A stretch of DNA of 64,000 nt, from assembly GCA_964016885.1 (NCBI GenBank), contig OZ024747.1:32178001-32242000 (forward strand), written 5' to 3'. Positions within the stretch are counted from its first letter, which is position 1. Each line of letters begins with the position of its first letter. Positions 63,801-64,000 of the stretch are shown piece by piece. The notes beneath the pieces were generated by a model, which saw nothing but the letters and a program-made list of their open reading frames with translations, made no database searches and was not told the DNA's origin. The stretch is from Eledone cirrhosa (lineage: Eukaryota). Both the position numbers and the translations under genes were made by a program.

Positions 63801-64000
63801 CCCCCCCCCCCCTCCAGGATTTACAATCAAGCTCTCTGTGACCTGTCCCATCAAGTTCAGGCAATGAATAGCACATTAGCTAACTGTGGGATGCCAGAGC
63901 CAGATGAAGAAATGGAGGTAGCACAAGACATTTTTCAGGAGACAAACTATGATATTGAAGCATTGCGTAAGTTTGTGGATGAAAATGAACCTCGATTGAT

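Larger units (their letters stand above)
59523..64000 (+). mobile_element. Degraded autonomous-type Helitron (Rep domain), continues beyond the window
   Basis: 5' TCTATATAGATATAAA; CQYCGAKKW..CCSKGKV, VILPSSFTGG, GRPDLFITFTCN, EWQKRGLLHSH (HUH), HGPCG, YVTKY, VHLENGQ. Confidence 0.93.

Overview
AT-rich animal genomic DNA. The SINE/RTE repertoire and dense (TA)n/(CA)n tracts suggest an octopod cephalopod, which is an inference. No host gene exon is recognisable. The window is almost entirely transposons and microsatellites: Penelope-like elements (PLEs) of several clades, RTE and CR1/L2-type LINEs, tRNA-derived SINEs and two Helitrons. The main signal not covered by the ORF track is a dense set of type-I hammerhead ribozyme (HHR) motifs, about 20 copies in about 10 sequence types. 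They include a 4.3 x 310-bp tandem array of apparently identical, highly base-paired HHR units (retrozyme-like, 3541-4868), small non-coding HHR elements (one with an inverted copy ending exactly at the predicted self-cleavage site), and PLE 3'-UTR HHRs with non-canonical cores (CCGANGA, CAGAAGA) and very long stem II. There is also a ~6.1-kb near-perfect palindrome made of two uninterrupted 733-aa PLE RT+GIY-YIG ORFs, plus many smaller fold-back structures. All structures were read by eye, and element boundaries are approximate unless stated.
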